A stretch of 52,930 nt of DNA from Octopus bimaculoides (taxonomy: Eukaryota), in NCBI RefSeq assembly GCF_001194135.2, contig NC_068981.1, positions 141,897,350 through 141,950,279 of the forward strand. The letters run 5' to 3'. Of the stretch, positions 51,738-52,930 are shown piece after piece. Below the pieces are notes generated by a model. That model saw only the letters and a program-made list of their open reading frames with translations. It was not told the DNA's origin and did not search any database. Numbering within the stretch: the stretch's first letter is position 1; each line of letters begins with the position of its first letter. A program made the translations under genes and the position numbers.

Positions 51738-52482
51738 TTCTTTGCATAGCTAGTTTTATCCGTAATGTTTCATCTCTTACGCCTTCTTAATACATTAATA
51801 TATGACAGCTCAGTGCCTGAATATATTCTCCGTTATATAGCTCAGTGCTAAAATTTTGTACGCAGAAATATTTTCGGTGTATTTGCTAAATAGATTATTC
51901 TATATTCAATATCTCCTTTCTGCATTTTACTTTTAAATTATATTTATCATATTAACCTCTAAGAGGAGAGCACTCTAATGTAAAATTTTGCATGTAGAGT
52001 GACCTCTATTTGAATCATGGATGTTTTCGCTCTTTACGGTATTTTCCGCTTTCGCTTTCCGTGCTTGGCGGCGTGTAAGAAATCAGATACGTTTTCTGTG
52101 TGTTTTTTTTTTCCTCATACGATTCATTCTGCCGCCTGCTGTTGATAATGTTTTAATGAACATGCTACCTCTAGAAACATGCTATCATGTCCGGAAAGAA
52201 TATATGCTGTGTATGTGGGTAGGTACGTACGTACATATGTCTGTATGTATGTATGTATGTATGTATGTATGTATGCATGCATGAATGCATGCATGCATGA
52301 ATGTATGCATGCATGCACACCCTTATACGTATATAAATATACCTGTTTATATATATGTTTATAGATGCTATACATTTGTATACACATGTATACATGAAGA
52401 TAGAGTATATGTGCATATATATTTGTGTTTTGAGTGAGTGAATGTGTATGTGTGTTTAAACATTGTAAGCACTAATTGTGCA

Positions 52483-52514
<32 letters not shown>

Positions 52515-52930
52515 TGTGTGCTGAAGCATTGTAAGCACTAATTTGACACGGCAAGTGCAACGGGTCTACTGGTGATGTGTAGTGTGTGCAGTGTATATGT
52601 ACTTTATGTTGTAATTGAAGAACGTATGCTTATATATCCACATACTTCAGTATGTAGGTTTAATATCCCTACACCTGAGTATATCTCTGTATGTGTGCTT
52701 AGAGATGCTTAGGTAAGTATGTAATTAAAACCGTACCACTAGAAACGAAATCAAGGAGAGAGGGAGAGATCGTGAGAGCGAATGGATGAGCATGTACGCA
52801 AGTATTGCATATGTACATGTATTCGTGTGTGTGTGTATTTGTGCGCGCGTGTTAGTGTACCTGTGAGTATGCGTATTGTGTGAGTTTATGTATGATGCAC
52901 ACACACAAAGTTACACACACAGGTGTATAT

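Overview
AT-rich, heavily gapped eukaryotic scaffold, not a prokaryotic locus. The tRNA-derived SINE families and extreme microsatellite density resemble a coleoid cephalopod (Octopus-like) genome; this is an inference from recall, not a database result. There is no complete protein-coding ORF, rRNA or CRISPR array, and nearly all long ORFs in the track are N-gap or microsatellite artefacts. The window holds decayed non-LTR retrotransposons (RTE, CR1-like, L1/Tx1-like, R4/Dong-like, Penelope-like), three mariner remnants (one with both TIRs and TA TSDs and a nested SINE), a Tc1 fragment, several MITE/foldback elements, many SINE copies and a tRNA-Gln pseudogene fused to a SINE tail. Scattered minus-strand segments with good splice signals (best: 22726-23037) suggest the window lies largely within the introns of an unidentified multi-exon host gene. 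I found no convincing new biological system. The best leads are that host gene, the tRNA/SINE tail-sharing chimera, a probable decayed hammerhead in the Penelope 3' end, and a cluster of long inverted repeats.
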